A stretch of 64,000 nt of DNA from an uncultured Gammaproteobacteria bacterium (GTDB lineage: Bacteria > Patescibacteriota > Patescibacteriia > Magasanikbacterales > GWA2-37-8). Location: the NCBI GenBank assembly GCA_964510885.1, contig CAZEDL010000002.1:64707-128706 (forward strand), read 5' to 3'. Shown in pieces: positions 1 to 10,324 of this stretch. A program made the position numbers and the translations under genes. The notes beneath the pieces were generated by a model. That model was not told the origin of the DNA and made no database searches. It saw nothing but the letters and a program-made list of their open reading frames with translations. The number at the start of each line of letters is the position of its first letter. The stretch's first letter is position 1.

Positions 1-422
<422 letters not shown>

Positions 423-444
423 TTAGTTAGGAGTAAGGAAGAGC

Positions 445-3400
445 TTATTCTTGAGCTCCTGGCAGCGACTGTTCCATTCCTGGCTGCTCTTCAAACTTAC
501 GCAGTTTCTCTTCTTCAGCGCGGACCTCTTCGACCGGGCGATATTCGCCGGATTCCGCTCGTTTCAATAAGCCGACATCCAAACACAAGCCCTTAAGTTC
601 ACGCACCAAGACGTTGAACGATTCAGGGATGTTAACGCGGCTAACTTGTTCACCTTTGATAATAGCTTCGTAGGCTTTGCTGCGACCCGGGACGTCATCT
701 GATTTGATCGTAAGCATTTCCTGGAGGGTGTGTGCAGCTCCATATGCCTGGAGGGCCCAGACTTCCATTTCACCAAAACGCTGGCCACCGAACTGGGCTT
801 TACCACCAAGCGGCTGCTGGGTGATGAGACTGTACGGACCAATCGAGCGCTGATGGATTTTGTCTTCGACCATGTGGTTGAGCTTCAACATGTAGTTGTA
901 ACCGATAGTCGTTTTGTGATCGAACGGTTCACCAGTGCGGCCATCGAAGAGCTGTACCTGGCCACTCGTTGGGAAGCCGGCTTTAGCAAGCTCACCTTTA
1001 ATCTGTTCTTCGGTCAATCCATCAAGCACTGGGGTCGCAATCTTATAGCCGAGGGCGTTAGCAGCCAGACCCATATGGGTTTCGAGGAGCTGCCCCAGGT
1101 TCATACGGGATACGACACCAAGCGGGGACAGAATGATATCGACTGGAGTACCATCTTCAAGGAACGGCAGATCTTCGACTGGTACGATGCGGGATACGAC
1201 ACCTTTGTTACCGTGGCGACCGGCCATTTTGTCACCGACTTGGAGCTTGCGGAGGTCCGCAACGGTAACCTGAACGCGCTTGATAACACCTGGTTCAAGT
1301 TTGTCACCATTTTCGGCAGAGAAAATTTGTACACCGATAACTTTTCCATGTTCACCATGTTCGAGATACAAAGAAGAGTCGCGGACATCACGAGCTTTTT
1401 CACCGAAGATGGCGCGCAGGAGGCGCTCTTCTGGGGAGAGTTCGGTTTCACCTTTTGGAGTAATTTTACCAACTAAGATATCACCGGATTTAATTTCAGC
1501 ACCGATGCGGATGATACCTTCGCTGTCGAGGTTTTTTAATTTTTCTTCACTGACGTTCGGAATATCAGCAGTGACGAGTTCTGGGCCAAGTTTGGTTTCA
1601 CAGACATCAACCGTGTAATCCTCAATATGGATGGAGGTGTAGCTGTTGTCTTGGACCAAGCGTTCAGAAATGATAACGGCGTCTTCGTAGTTGAAGCCTT
1701 CCCAGCACATATAGGCCACGAGCATGTTCTGGCCGAGGGCGAGTTCACCTTCGCGGATAGATGGACCGTCGGAGAGCGGTTGACCTTTTTTCACTTGCTG
1801 GCCAAGAGTAACTACCGGGTGCTGGTCAATACAGGTAGAAGCGTTGGAGCGAATAAATTTGTTGAGGCGGTAGGTGTGTTTGTCACCTTTTTTGGTGGTG
1901 AGCACGACATGGCCACCATCAACTTCGGTGATTTCACCATCGGCATCGGCGAGGACCATGTGACCTGAATAGCGGGCAGCTTCGCGTTCGATACCAGTAC
2001 CAACGAGTGGTGGCTCTGGTTTGATACACGGCACGGACTGGCGCTGCATGTTCGTTCCCATGAGGGCGCGGGTAGCGTCATCGTGTTCGAGGAATGGGAT
2101 ACAGGAGGTAGCCACACTCACTACTTGGTTAGAAGCAATGTCGAGGTAATCGAGATCAACCGATGGGGCGACACCTGGCTTGCCATAGACACGGGCTGGC
2201 ACGGTTTCTTCGAGGAAATAGCCTTTGTCGTCAACTTTGGTACTAGCGGTCGACGTAACAACTTTTTCTTCTTTGAATGAGTTTAGGTAGACAATTTCAT
2301 CCGTGACGCGCGGTTTGACCGGAATTTTTTCAAGTTTTGATTTGGCGAGCTTAGCAGCGACATCTTTGGTAATAGCGGTACCATCTTTGACGCCTTCAAC
2401 TTCACCGCGGAGAATTTCGCCTTCGGTGAATTTTGGATCATTACTTACTTCGCGGAGCACTTTGCGGTAGCCAGTTTCGATAAAGCCAAATTCGTTGACA
2501 CGTGCATAGCTAGAGAGGTGGTTAACCAAACCAATGTTCGGTCCTTCTGGAGTAGCAATCGGACAGATGCGGCCGTAGTGGGTGGTGTGCACGTCACGAA
2601 CTTCAAAGCCAGCGCGATCACGGCTAAGACCACCCGGGCCAAGCGCGGACAAGCGGCGTTTGTGTTCGAGTTCGGCCAGCGGATTGGTCTGGTCCATGAA
2701 TTGACTGAGCTGAGAGCTCATGAAGAATTCGCGGATAGCACTTGTGACTGGGCGTGCATTGATAAGCTTGTTCGGAGTGAGCTGCGCGAGCTCGTAGGTG
2801 CTCATGCGATCTTTGATGATGCGTTCCATGCGTGACAAGCCGATGCGGAAACGATTCTGAGCCAGTTCACCAACGGCGCGGATGCGGCGGTTGCCAAGGT
2901 GGTCAACATCATCTGGCTCTTCTTGAGTCACGTTGAGACGAACAACTTCTTTCAAGACCGACAGTAATTTTTCTGGGGACAAAACGCGGAAATCTTTTTT
3001 CTCGTAATCAGCATCGGTCAAACCCTGATCAAACTTGGTGTTGAATTTATAGACACCCACGCGGCCAAGATCATAGCGATCAAAGTTGAAGAACATGGCG
3101 TAAATAAGACTCTTGGCATTGTCGGCAGTAGCGAGGTCACCCGGGCGGATGCGTTTGTAAACTTCGATCAGCCCTTCTTCCATGTTTTTGGCAATATCTT
3201 TTTTCAGGGTAGCTTCAACATAGTCAACACGCGGGTGATTGTTCACGCTCGCAAACAGCTCTTTAATTTGTTCATCAGTTTCATAACCAAAAGCGCGCAG
3301 GAGCGAGGTGGCGGCGACTTTGCGTTTGCGATCTACTTTGATCCACATCACGTTGCTGCTATCGGTTTCGACTTCGATCCAGGCACCACGATTCGGGATG

Positions 3401-3885
3401 ATTTTGGCGCCATAGTAGCGGCGACCACGGACGTTTTCGGCAGTAAAGAAGGCGCCAGCACTGCGAATGAACTGAGATACGACAACGCGCTCAATACCAT
3501 TGATGATGAAGGTGCCGCGAGTCGTCATGAGTGGTACATCGCCAAGGTAAATTTCTTGGGATTTGCTCTGTTTGTCGCGTTTGTTGACGAGGCGAGTGAC
3601 CACGCGCAGCGGAGCTTCGTAGGTGATATTGCGTTCGCGGCAGGTGACTTCGTCGAAGCGAGGTTCGTCGAGGTAATAGTTTTCCATCGACAATTCAAGG
3701 TCGCGGCCGGTGAAATCGGTGATCGGCGAGACTTCTTCAAATAATTCTTTGATGCCCTGTTTCAAAAACCAGTCGTACGAATTCTTCTGCAGCTCGATAA
3801 GATCTGGCAGGGGCTGGCGCGTCGTGAGTGACGACATGAATTTGCGCTCGGGCTCCTTGACCTTTTGATGTTTGAATAACGGCAT
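445..3885 (-). CDS. rpoB: DNA-directed RNA polymerase subunit beta
   Basis: 1146-aa ORF with conserved RpoB blocks (…NSYDWFL…, GRHGNKGVVS, LGGKAQFGGQRFGEMEVWAL) and the canonical rpoB-rpoC order. Confidence 0.97.
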   Translation of the reverse strand: MPLFKHQKVKEPERKFMSSLTTRQPLPDLIELQKNSYDWFLKQGIKELFEEVSPITDFTGRDLELSMENYYLDEPRFDEVTCRERNITYEAPLRVVTRLVNKRDKQSKSQEIYLGDVPLMTTRGTFIINGIERVVVSQFIRSAGAFFTAENVRGRRYYGAKIIPNRGAWIEVETDSSNVMWIKVDRKRKVAATSLLRAFGYETDEQIKELFASVNNHPRVDYVEATLKKDIAKNMEEGLIEVYKRIRPGDLATADNAKSLIYAMFFNFDRYDLGRVGVYKFNTKFDQGLTDADYEKKDFRVLSPEKLLSVLKEVVRLNVTQEEPDDVDHLGNRRIRAVGELAQNRFRIGLSRMERIIKDRMSTYELAQLTPNKLINARPVTSAIREFFMSSQLSQFMDQTNPLAELEHKRRLSALGPGGLSRDRAGFEVRDVHTTHYGRICPIATPEGPNIGLVNHLSSYARVNEFGFIETGYRKVLREVSNDPKFTEGEILRGEVEGVKDGTAITKDVAAKLAKSKLEKIPVKPRVTDEIVYLNSFKEEKVVTSTASTKVDDKGYFLEETVPARVYGKPGVAPSVDLDYLDIASNQVVSVATSCIPFLEHDDATRALMGTNMQRQSVPCIKPEPPLVGTGIEREAARYSGHMVLADADGEITEVDGGHVVLTTKKGDKHTYRLNKFIRSNASTCIDQHPVVTLGQQVKKGQPLSDGPSIREGELALGQNMLVAYMCWEGFNYEDAVIISERLVQDNSYTSIHIEDYTVDVCETKLGPELVTADIPNVSEEKLKNLDSEGIIRIGAEIKSGDILVGKITPKGETELSPEERLLRAIFGEKARDVRDSSLYLEHGEHGKVIGVQIFSAENGDKLEPGVIKRVQVTVADLRKLQVGDKMAGRHGNKGVVSRIVPVEDLPFLEDGTPVDIILSPLGVVSRMNLGQLLETHMGLAANALGYKIATPVLDGLTEEQIKGELAKAGFPTSGQVQLFDGRTGEPFDHKTTIGYNYMLKLNHMVEDKIHQRSIGPYSLITQQPLGGKAQFGGQRFGEMEVWALQAYGAAHTLQEMLTIKSDDVPGRSKAYEAIIKGEQVSRVNIPESFNVLVRELKGLCLDVGLLKRAESGEYRPVEEVRAEEEKLRKFEEQPGMEQSLPGAQE

Positions 3886-4302
3886 AATTTGGCTTAATTA
3901 AGAAGCAAATGTGGTTTTTCTCAAGGGAGAAAAAGGCGTTCGCGGCTTAATTTTTTAACAGCAAAAAATAGGCTTTTAACAAAAAACCTATCAATTTATG
4001 ACCGAAGTAGCCCCAGGGCGATGAACATTATGGATGCACTAATGGATTATCGCACCTTGCAAAAGTTGTCTTTTTGGCTAGAATAAGACATTTATCCGGT
4101 CATCTAGCCGAAGCCAATACAAAGTAGTTCGATTTTACTTTAAAATACGGCCTCTGTCAACAGGAACGGGTGTGGGTAATTTTGTCAATATTTTAAGGTT
4201 TTTTTGTTTTTAATTAGCCAAAAAAGAGTTTTCCAGATTTTTTTTTAAGCAAGTTATCCACATTTTTACAAAAAAATCCCCACTTGAGGAGGATTCTTAA
4301 CT

Positions 4303-4364
4303 CATTCAGACGTCGCCACTATTTTTAATGAGTGTTTAAAGATAGTGGCGGGCGCATCTGAATG
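4303..4364. repeat. ~20-bp near-perfect inverted repeat (cattcagacgtcgccactat / atagtggcgggcgcatctgaatg)
   Basis: Seen directly. It sits between the rpoB upstream region and the stop of the GC-rich lipoprotein gene. No U-tract follows on either strand, so it is not a classic intrinsic terminator. Confidence 0.5.
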
Positions 4365-4414
4365 TGGTGAACAATGAAGATACCGGTGCTTAGCTGGCAG
4401 CCGTCGCTGCAGCC

Positions 4415-5035
4415 CTAGTAGGCTACAGATTTAACGATCCGGCTGTCGCTCAGGGCTAGAACACACCCTGTCGCCTGATCTCGCAGATCCACAGAAGGCA
4501 CCGAGATATAGATGGCAGCGAACGGGAAGTAATTCCCTTTTGCATCCATCCAAATTTGGTGCAAACCCCTCCTCGGATCGACCGGCTGAGGGGTGGTCGC
4601 GCTTAGCGCATAGCTCTTGCCCTGCTGGACGCCGCCGACGATGCCGGCGATCGATACTGGAGGATTCCCTCCCATAATCCGCAGCTCTTTGATGACTGCC
4701 ACCGCGTTGGAACCGCTGACTTCGGCGTCGGTTGGGAAATAGAGCGTAAGCCCGGTGACTTCCCAGGCGGGACAGGCCTCGAAAAGCACTGTGTTGGGGA
4801 GCGCGCGCACCTCCAGCTTGTTTATGGCCTGGAACGTGTCTGTGCTGAGCGCGGAAAGCTGCATGCGGAACTCAGGGCGAAACAGCGCAGGCATACACTG
4901 CGCAGGGAACGAGCAAGCCATGTCGGGTGGCATGGCCATATCCTCCTCTATGCCCATATCGCCAACAGCATTCACACCCCCCTGCTCACAACCAACCAGT
5001 AAAGCGAGAAGGACGAAAGAAAAGTGAGCACGCAT
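4415..5035 (-). CDS. putative lipoprotein, unknown function (GC-rich gene)
   Basis: ORF 4415-5047; the likely true start is the ATG at 5035, preceded by GGAG, giving MRAHFSFVLLALLVGCEQ (signal peptide plus lipobox L-V-G-C). Codon usage is strongly GC-biased compared with the neighbouring rpoB and ftsK. Confidence 0.6.
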   Translation of the reverse strand: MRAHFSFVLLALLVGCEQGGVNAVGDMGIEEDMAMPPDMACSFPAQCMPALFRPEFRMQLSALSTDTFQAINKLEVRALPNTVLFEACPAWEVTGLTLYFPTDAEVSGSNAVAVIKELRIMGGNPPVSIAGIVGGVQQGKSYALSATTPQPVDPRRGLHQIWMDAKGNYFPFAAIYISVPSVDLRDQATGCVLALSDSRIVKSVAY

Positions 5036-5504
5036 CGGACACTCCAACTGTCAGCTTGCCAGGCTGATTATTTAAAAAGAACATGGCGTTCTTTTGGCAA
5101 ACTATATTTTTAGTAAAAACACAGTTTGCCAAAAGACTTAACCTTCGCCGCTTTTTACCACCTAATTTCACAAATGTCAATATGATGAGACTCAAACTTT
5201 CTTGTCCACACTTGACTTAGAATTTTAAAGGACTAAAATTAGACGGTTACATTATTCCACCACTGGGCTGCGGCAGGGTTGATGTCTCAACCGGATCGGA
5301 TTTTTGAAAACACTCTCTCCTCCCACAAAACAACACGCTTGTTTTTGGGCGAAGTTTTTGAGATTTGATTCGTTAGCTAAAACATGCACCTCTGCTCGCA
5401 GCTTAGCTGTGGAATAATACTTTAAAAACTAACCGGACTGGTTGGTTTTTTTGTTTTTTTGTAAAAATTTTTTCCTGCATATATATCCAGTTGCCGGATA
5501 ATCC

Positions 5505-5755
5505 ATCCTGTCATTCTGAGCGGCAGCGAAGAATCCCTTTCGCTCACCACCGTCAAGCTCTGAATTACGAAACTACAAATTTTGTCATTCTGAGTGAAAC
5601 GAAGAATCCCTGTCGGTCGGTATAGTGGCCAATTGGACAGAGATCCTTCACGTTCGTTCAGAGCCTGCCCTGAGGCGTCGCAGCCGAATGGGATGACAGG
5701 TGAATTTCGTAATTCAAAGCGTCAACAGATCCTTCGTTTCACTCAGGATGACAGA
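5505..5755. repeat. nested palindromic MITE/REP-like repeat element (GTCATTCTGAG...GAAGAATCC units)
   Basis: Direct copies at ~5510 and ~5584, with their inverse complements at ~5690-5753 (ggatgacaggtgaatttcgtaattc, ggatccttcgtttcactcaggatgacag). Related units recur at 22.98 kb, 26.59 kb and 48.34 kb. Confidence 0.75.
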
Positions 5756-5850
5756 GTATTTGGAACAAGGTGAATGGTAACAAAATATGTGCTATACTAT
5801 AGCTTCATATCAGCCTTTAAATACTTGGCCTTTTTAAGACAGCACCGCTT

Positions 5851-8223
5851 ATGTCACGTCGACGCGCGCATCAGCCTACATTATGGGAGAGAGTAAATTG
5901 GAACCCAGATATCAATCGCGGATTATTAGCAATTTTGCTGACGGTTACCGCTGGCATATCATTACTCAGTTTTTTTTCGCTGGCGGGAGTGGCAGGACAA
6001 TTTATTGACGCCCTATTGATCTTTATTTTTGGCAAGGTGCGATTTGTATTTCCGATTATCTTGCTGGTCATCGCCTATCTTATGACCAGACAGGCTGATT
6101 ATGATTATCGCCCCACGCACTGGCTTGGGAGCATCTTATTTTTCTTAAGTTTTAACGGCTTGATCCACCTCAGCAATCCAACCTACGAACATATTATTGC
6201 TGGTGACGGTGGCGGCGGACTCATCGGGCTCGCATTAGCCTACCCGCTCGCTACCTATATTGGGTATTGGGGCGGGCTGATTATTTTGATCGGACTCTTA
6301 CTGACAGCGGTGATATTTCTATTCAACACGACGCTGGCGGAACTGATTGATTTACACCGCAAATTATTCTTGGCGCTTGGAGGAGTGGGCAAATATGTAT
6401 TGTCATTTGTCGGCATCTTCAAACGAAGTCCGGTAGAAGGCACAATTGCCGAGGCAACAGAGCCGCACTTCTCGCGCGCACGCCTCGGTGAACATGAGGA
6501 TGATGAGGCTGAAATCGACGAAACGGTGGACGAAGACGGAGGGGATGATGAAGATGAAGAAGAGGATGAGGCGGTAAAAAAACCCCTGCCACGAGTGGTC
6601 AAGCCGACGCCGGTGGTCATGCCGATTGTCAAACCGGTGCATTACAAAGATTTGCCTCCGTTTGACTTATTGAATACTTCAAAAAGCAAACCAACCTCTG
6701 GAGATATCGAAGAGAATGGCACGATCATTGTGGAAACATTTAAAAATTTTGGTATCGATGTGACCATGTCAGAAGTGCGCGTTGGCCCGACGGTAACTCA
6801 ATACTCACTGAGTCCCGCCAAAGGGGTAAAACTCACCCGCATTACAGCGCTGAATAATGATCTGGCTTTGGCGCTGGCGGCGCACCCGATTCGTATCGAG
6901 GCCCCTATCCCAGGCAAATCACTGGTCGGTATTGAAGTACCGAATGAAAAAGTGGCCATGGTGAGCCTGCGCGAATTGTTGGAAAGCCCAGAATTCCAGA
7001 GCCGCAAACATTCTATGCACGTAGCACTTGGCAAGGATGTGTCGGGTAAAGTTTGGCTCGGTGATCTGCCGCGCATGCCACACCTTCTGATCGCTGGGGC
7101 GACGGGGGCTGGTAAAACAGTAGGTATCAACACCATTATTTTAAGTTTGCTGTATCAAAATACTCCGGCCACATTGCGGTTTATCATGGTGGATCCAAAA
7201 CGCGTGGAACTCACCCTCTACAATGGCATCCCCCATTTGTTGACACCGGTAATTACTGACGCCTTGAAAACGGTGAACGCGCTCAAGTGGACTATTCAAG
7301 AAATGGAACGTCGGTTTGACGTACTGGCAGCTGCTGGCAAACGCGATATTTTATCCTATAACTCTTCCGCGGCTGAACCACTCCCCTATTTAGTATTTGT
7401 AATTGACGAGCTTGCAGATCTCATGGCTACGTCGTCGAGTGAGGTGGAAGGCGGCATTATTCGCATTGCGCAAATGGCACGCGCGGTGGGTATTCATTTG
7501 ATCGTGGCCACGCAGCGCCCGAGTGTGGAAGTGATTACTGGTCTTATGAAAGCTAATATTCCGGGGCGCATTGCCTTCTCGGTGGCTTCGGTAATTGATT
7601 CACGAACTATTTTGGACTGCCCGGGCGCTGATCAGCTGGTGGGGCGTGGGGATATGCTGTTTTTGACGGCTGAATTATCGAAGCCGAAACGTATCCAGGG
7701 CGCGTATGTGTCAGAAGAAGAGATGAAGCGCGTGATCGATTATCTGAAAGGTGATGAACCGCCGGTGTACGATGATTCGATTGTGTCTAAAGGCGGCCAG
7801 AGTGGCGGTACGGCCAATATGTTTGGCGGGGCAAGCGATGATCAGGACCCGTTATTTATGGAAGCGAAACAGCTAGTTTTAGAAACCGGGAAAGCCAGCG
7901 CTTCGCTTTTGCAACGACGTATGAAAGTGGGGTATGCCCGCGCCGCTCGCTTGCTTGACGAACTAGAAGAGGCTGGTATAGTAGGTCCGGCCGATGGTGC
8001 GAAACCGCGCGAAGTGTTCACCGAACATTTGGCAAATGCGGCTCCGGAAATGCCAGAAGAAGAACAGACCATGGATCTCGGTGGCACCGTGTTTGATTCG
8101 CCAGTGGCAACAGAAGAGCCGACAGCCGAAGTTTCTGAGCCTACAGACGCACCAACTGAGACAGATCCGAAACCTGCGTCTAAAAAATCAGATGAGGATG
8201 AAGATTTCTTTGTCTCGTTATAG
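5851..8223 (+). CDS. ftsK: DNA translocase FtsK/SpoIIIE
   Basis: N-terminal TM segments, an acidic linker, Walker A GATGAGKT, an FtsK motor and a C-terminal gamma domain (LLQRRMKVGYARAARLLDELEEAGIVGP). Confidence 0.93.
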   Translation: MSRRRAHQPTLWERVNWNPDINRGLLAILLTVTAGISLLSFFSLAGVAGQFIDALLIFIFGKVRFVFPIILLVIAYLMTRQADYDYRPTHWLGSILFFLSFNGLIHLSNPTYEHIIAGDGGGGLIGLALAYPLATYIGYWGGLIILIGLLLTAVIFLFNTTLAELIDLHRKLFLALGGVGKYVLSFVGIFKRSPVEGTIAEATEPHFSRARLGEHEDDEAEIDETVDEDGGDDEDEEEDEAVKKPLPRVVKPTPVVMPIVKPVHYKDLPPFDLLNTSKSKPTSGDIEENGTIIVETFKNFGIDVTMSEVRVGPTVTQYSLSPAKGVKLTRITALNNDLALALAAHPIRIEAPIPGKSLVGIEVPNEKVAMVSLRELLESPEFQSRKHSMHVALGKDVSGKVWLGDLPRMPHLLIAGATGAGKTVGINTIILSLLYQNTPATLRFIMVDPKRVELTLYNGIPHLLTPVITDALKTVNALKWTIQEMERRFDVLAAAGKRDILSYNSSAAEPLPYLVFVIDELADLMATSSSEVEGGIIRIAQMARAVGIHLIVATQRPSVEVITGLMKANIPGRIAFSVASVIDSRTILDCPGADQLVGRGDMLFLTAELSKPKRIQGAYVSEEEMKRVIDYLKGDEPPVYDDSIVSKGGQSGGTANMFGGASDDQDPLFMEAKQLVLETGKASASLLQRRMKVGYARAARLLDELEEAGIVGPADGAKPREVFTEHLANAAPEMPEEEQTMDLGGTVFDSPVATEEPTAEVSEPTDAPTETDPKPASKKSDEDEDFFVSL

Positions 8224-8228
8224 CAGCT

Positions 8229-8924
8229 ATGACTATCTTTTGCTTCAAAACACTCTCTCCCACCAAACGCCTGTCCCAACTGGTGACTGAAGCGCGGATT
8301 GAAAAAAATTTAACCGTGGCCGAACTCTCCACCAGTGCCCGGGTGCCGGAGAAATATGTAACCGCATTGGAGCGCGCAGATTTTTCTAGTTTGCCGCCGG
8401 CCAAAACCTTCCGCTTAGCCTATATAAAGGCTCTGGCCCAAACCCTCGGACTCCCAATTGATCAAACTGTTACACAGTTTATCACCGAAGGCGGCGTAGA
8501 AGAGCTGTCTATGGTGCACCCCCGAACTGAGTTGCCGCGCTTGCCATTCAGCTCGGTCAGTATTTTTATCAGAAATTTGGTAGGAGGTTTGGTGGTTTTA
8601 CTACTTATTGGCTATCTTGGCTGGCAGGTAAAAAGAATTTTGCAGCCGCCGACGCTGACGGTATATTACCCGCTCGAAGGCGCGATCGTGAATGATTTGA
8701 GCACCACCATTGCCGGCCAGACGGAAAACGAATCAAAATTGACTATCAACGGCCAAGATGTCATGCTTAACAACCAAGGGCGGTTTTCCGTGCCGATTGA
8801 TTTGACGGCTGGGCTGAATACAGTGGTAATTGCAGCAGCCCGCAAGCATGGAAAAACCACCCTGATCACTCGGCATTTGATCGCGCGGCCGAAGAATACT
8901 TTGACGTTGAAGAATAATGAGTAA
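8229..8924 (+). CDS. HTH (XRE-like) plus single-TM protein, RodZ-like
   Basis: N-terminal HTH (LTVAELSTSARVPEKYVTALER), then a TM helix (LVVLLLIGYLGW) and an extracytoplasmic C-domain. The architecture resembles RodZ. Confidence 0.5.
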   Translation: MTIFCFKTLSPTKRLSQLVTEARIEKNLTVAELSTSARVPEKYVTALERADFSSLPPAKTFRLAYIKALAQTLGLPIDQTVTQFITEGGVEELSMVHPRTELPRLPFSSVSIFIRNLVGGLVVLLLIGYLGWQVKRILQPPTLTVYYPLEGAIVNDLSTTIAGQTENESKLTINGQDVMLNNQGRFSVPIDLTAGLNTVVIAAARKHGKTTLITRHLIARPKNTLTLKNNE

Positions 8925-8933
8925 AGAATTAGG

Positions 8934-8964
8934 AATTAAGGCACACACCGCTGCTTAATTTTTT
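8934..8964 (+). terminator. possible intrinsic terminator
   Basis: aattaag...cttaatt stem followed by a T-tract; the loop is long, so confidence is modest. Confidence 0.35.
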
Positions 8965-9057
8965 ACTCATTATTCTCAATTCAAAAAAATTCCGCCACAG
9001 CCTGCACCTGTAATCGTTTGATGTCACAATAATCAGTTACTATTAATCACACACCGT

Positions 9058-10140
9058 ATGCCTAAAGCGACGATATCGGAGGAGGTCAAAGAAAAATTGA
9101 AGGCCGCTGAAACAGCGATTGAACAGATCAAGAGCCGATTTGGCGATGGCGCCATTATGAAATTCGGTGAAGCCAAAGCCATGCAGGTGGAAGCAGTCCC
9201 GACCGGATGTTTATCACTCGACATCGCGCTTGGCGTAAAAGGAGTGCCGCGCGGACGCATCATTGAAGTGTACGGCCCGGAAGCATCTGGTAAAACTACA
9301 CTGGCTCAGCACATTGTGTCGGAAGTGCAAAAAATGGGCGGGATCGCCGCCTTTGTGGATGCTGAACATGCACTCGACCCGGACTATGCTAGAAAAATCG
9401 GAGTAAAGGTGGATGAATTATTAATCTCGCAGCCAGACACCGGTGAACAGGCGCTTGAAATCGTAGAAACGCTAGTGCGTTCGAATGCGGTGGATGTGGT
9501 GGTGGTGGACTCGGTGGCCGCGCTCGTACCGAAAGCTGAAATCGAAGGCGAAATGGGTGATTCACATATGGGCCTCCAGGCCCGCCTGATGAGCCAGGCG
9601 CTGCGTAAACTGACTGGTATTGTCAGTAAATCAAAAACCTTAGTTATCTTTATCAACCAAACTCGGCAGAAAATCGGTATCGTGTTTGGCAACCCAGAAA
9701 CGACCACCGGTGGAGTAGCTCTCAAATTTTACTCCTCGGTGCGTATTGAGGTTCGCCGCGCGGCTCAAATTAAACAAGGCGACAAAATTATTGGCAACCG
9801 CGTAAAAGTTAAAATTGTAAAAAATAAAGTAGCCGCACCATTCCGCACCTGCGAATTCGATATCATGTATAACGAAGGTATTTCGGTAGCGGGTGACGTG
9901 CTTGATATCGCCACACTCTACAAAGTTATCGACAAGCGCGGTAATTCATACATCTTCGGCGAAGAAAAATTGGGCGTGGGGCGCGAAAATGCTAAATCTT
10001 TCTTGAAAGAACACCAACCGATTTTGAACAAGATCAAAAAACAAGTGTGGGAAGTGGTGGAACGCGGCGAAGCGCCAGATGAAGAGCCGGGTGAAAAAGG
10101 GAAGGACACGAGCAATGAAGAGGTGACGCCGCAAGAATAG
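9058..10140 (+). CDS. recA: recombinase RecA
   Basis: [13 protein letters not shown] Walker A, L1/L2 loops and overall RecA colinearity. Confidence 0.97.
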   Translation: MPKATISEEVKEKLKAAETAIEQIKSRFGDGAIMKFGEAKAMQVEAVPTGCLSLDIALGVKGVPRGRIIEVYGPEASGKTTLAQHIVSEVQKMGGIAAFVDAEHALDPDYARKIGVKVDELLISQPDTGEQALEIVETLVRSNAVDVVVVDSVAALVPKAEIEGEMGDSHMGLQARLMSQALRKLTGIVSKSKTLVIFINQTRQKIGIVFGNPETTTGGVALKFYSSVRIEVRRAAQIKQGDKIIGNRVKVKIVKNKVAAPFRTCEFDIMYNEGISVAGDVLDIATLYKVIDKRGNSYIFGEEKLGVGRENAKSFLKEHQPILNKIKKQVWEVVERGEAPDEEPGEKGKDTSNEEVTPQE

Positions 10141-10160
10141 GAAAAATTAAAAATATTTAA

Positions 10161-10190
10161 AACAACTCCGTAATAACGGAGTTGTTTTTA
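10161..10190 (+). terminator. rho-independent terminator
   Basis: aacaactccgt-aata-acggagttgtt followed by TTT. Confidence 0.7.
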
Positions 10191-10324
10191 TGTATCAATC
10201 TCCCTATCGAACTAAGAGAAATTGATAGATTTAGGTGCTTGAGAATGGACGAATTGTCCGCAACGGCACCCACGTCGCTTTACCTTTAGTGACCATTGCG
10301 ATCACTGCTCATCACGCCGCCCTG

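Noticed and set aside
564-3744. Multiple 60-250-aa ORFs on both strands inside rpoB (e.g. 730-1476, 1627-1968, 3235-3744)
   Set aside because: All are nested in or antisense to the 1146-aa rpoB frame and have low-complexity translations.
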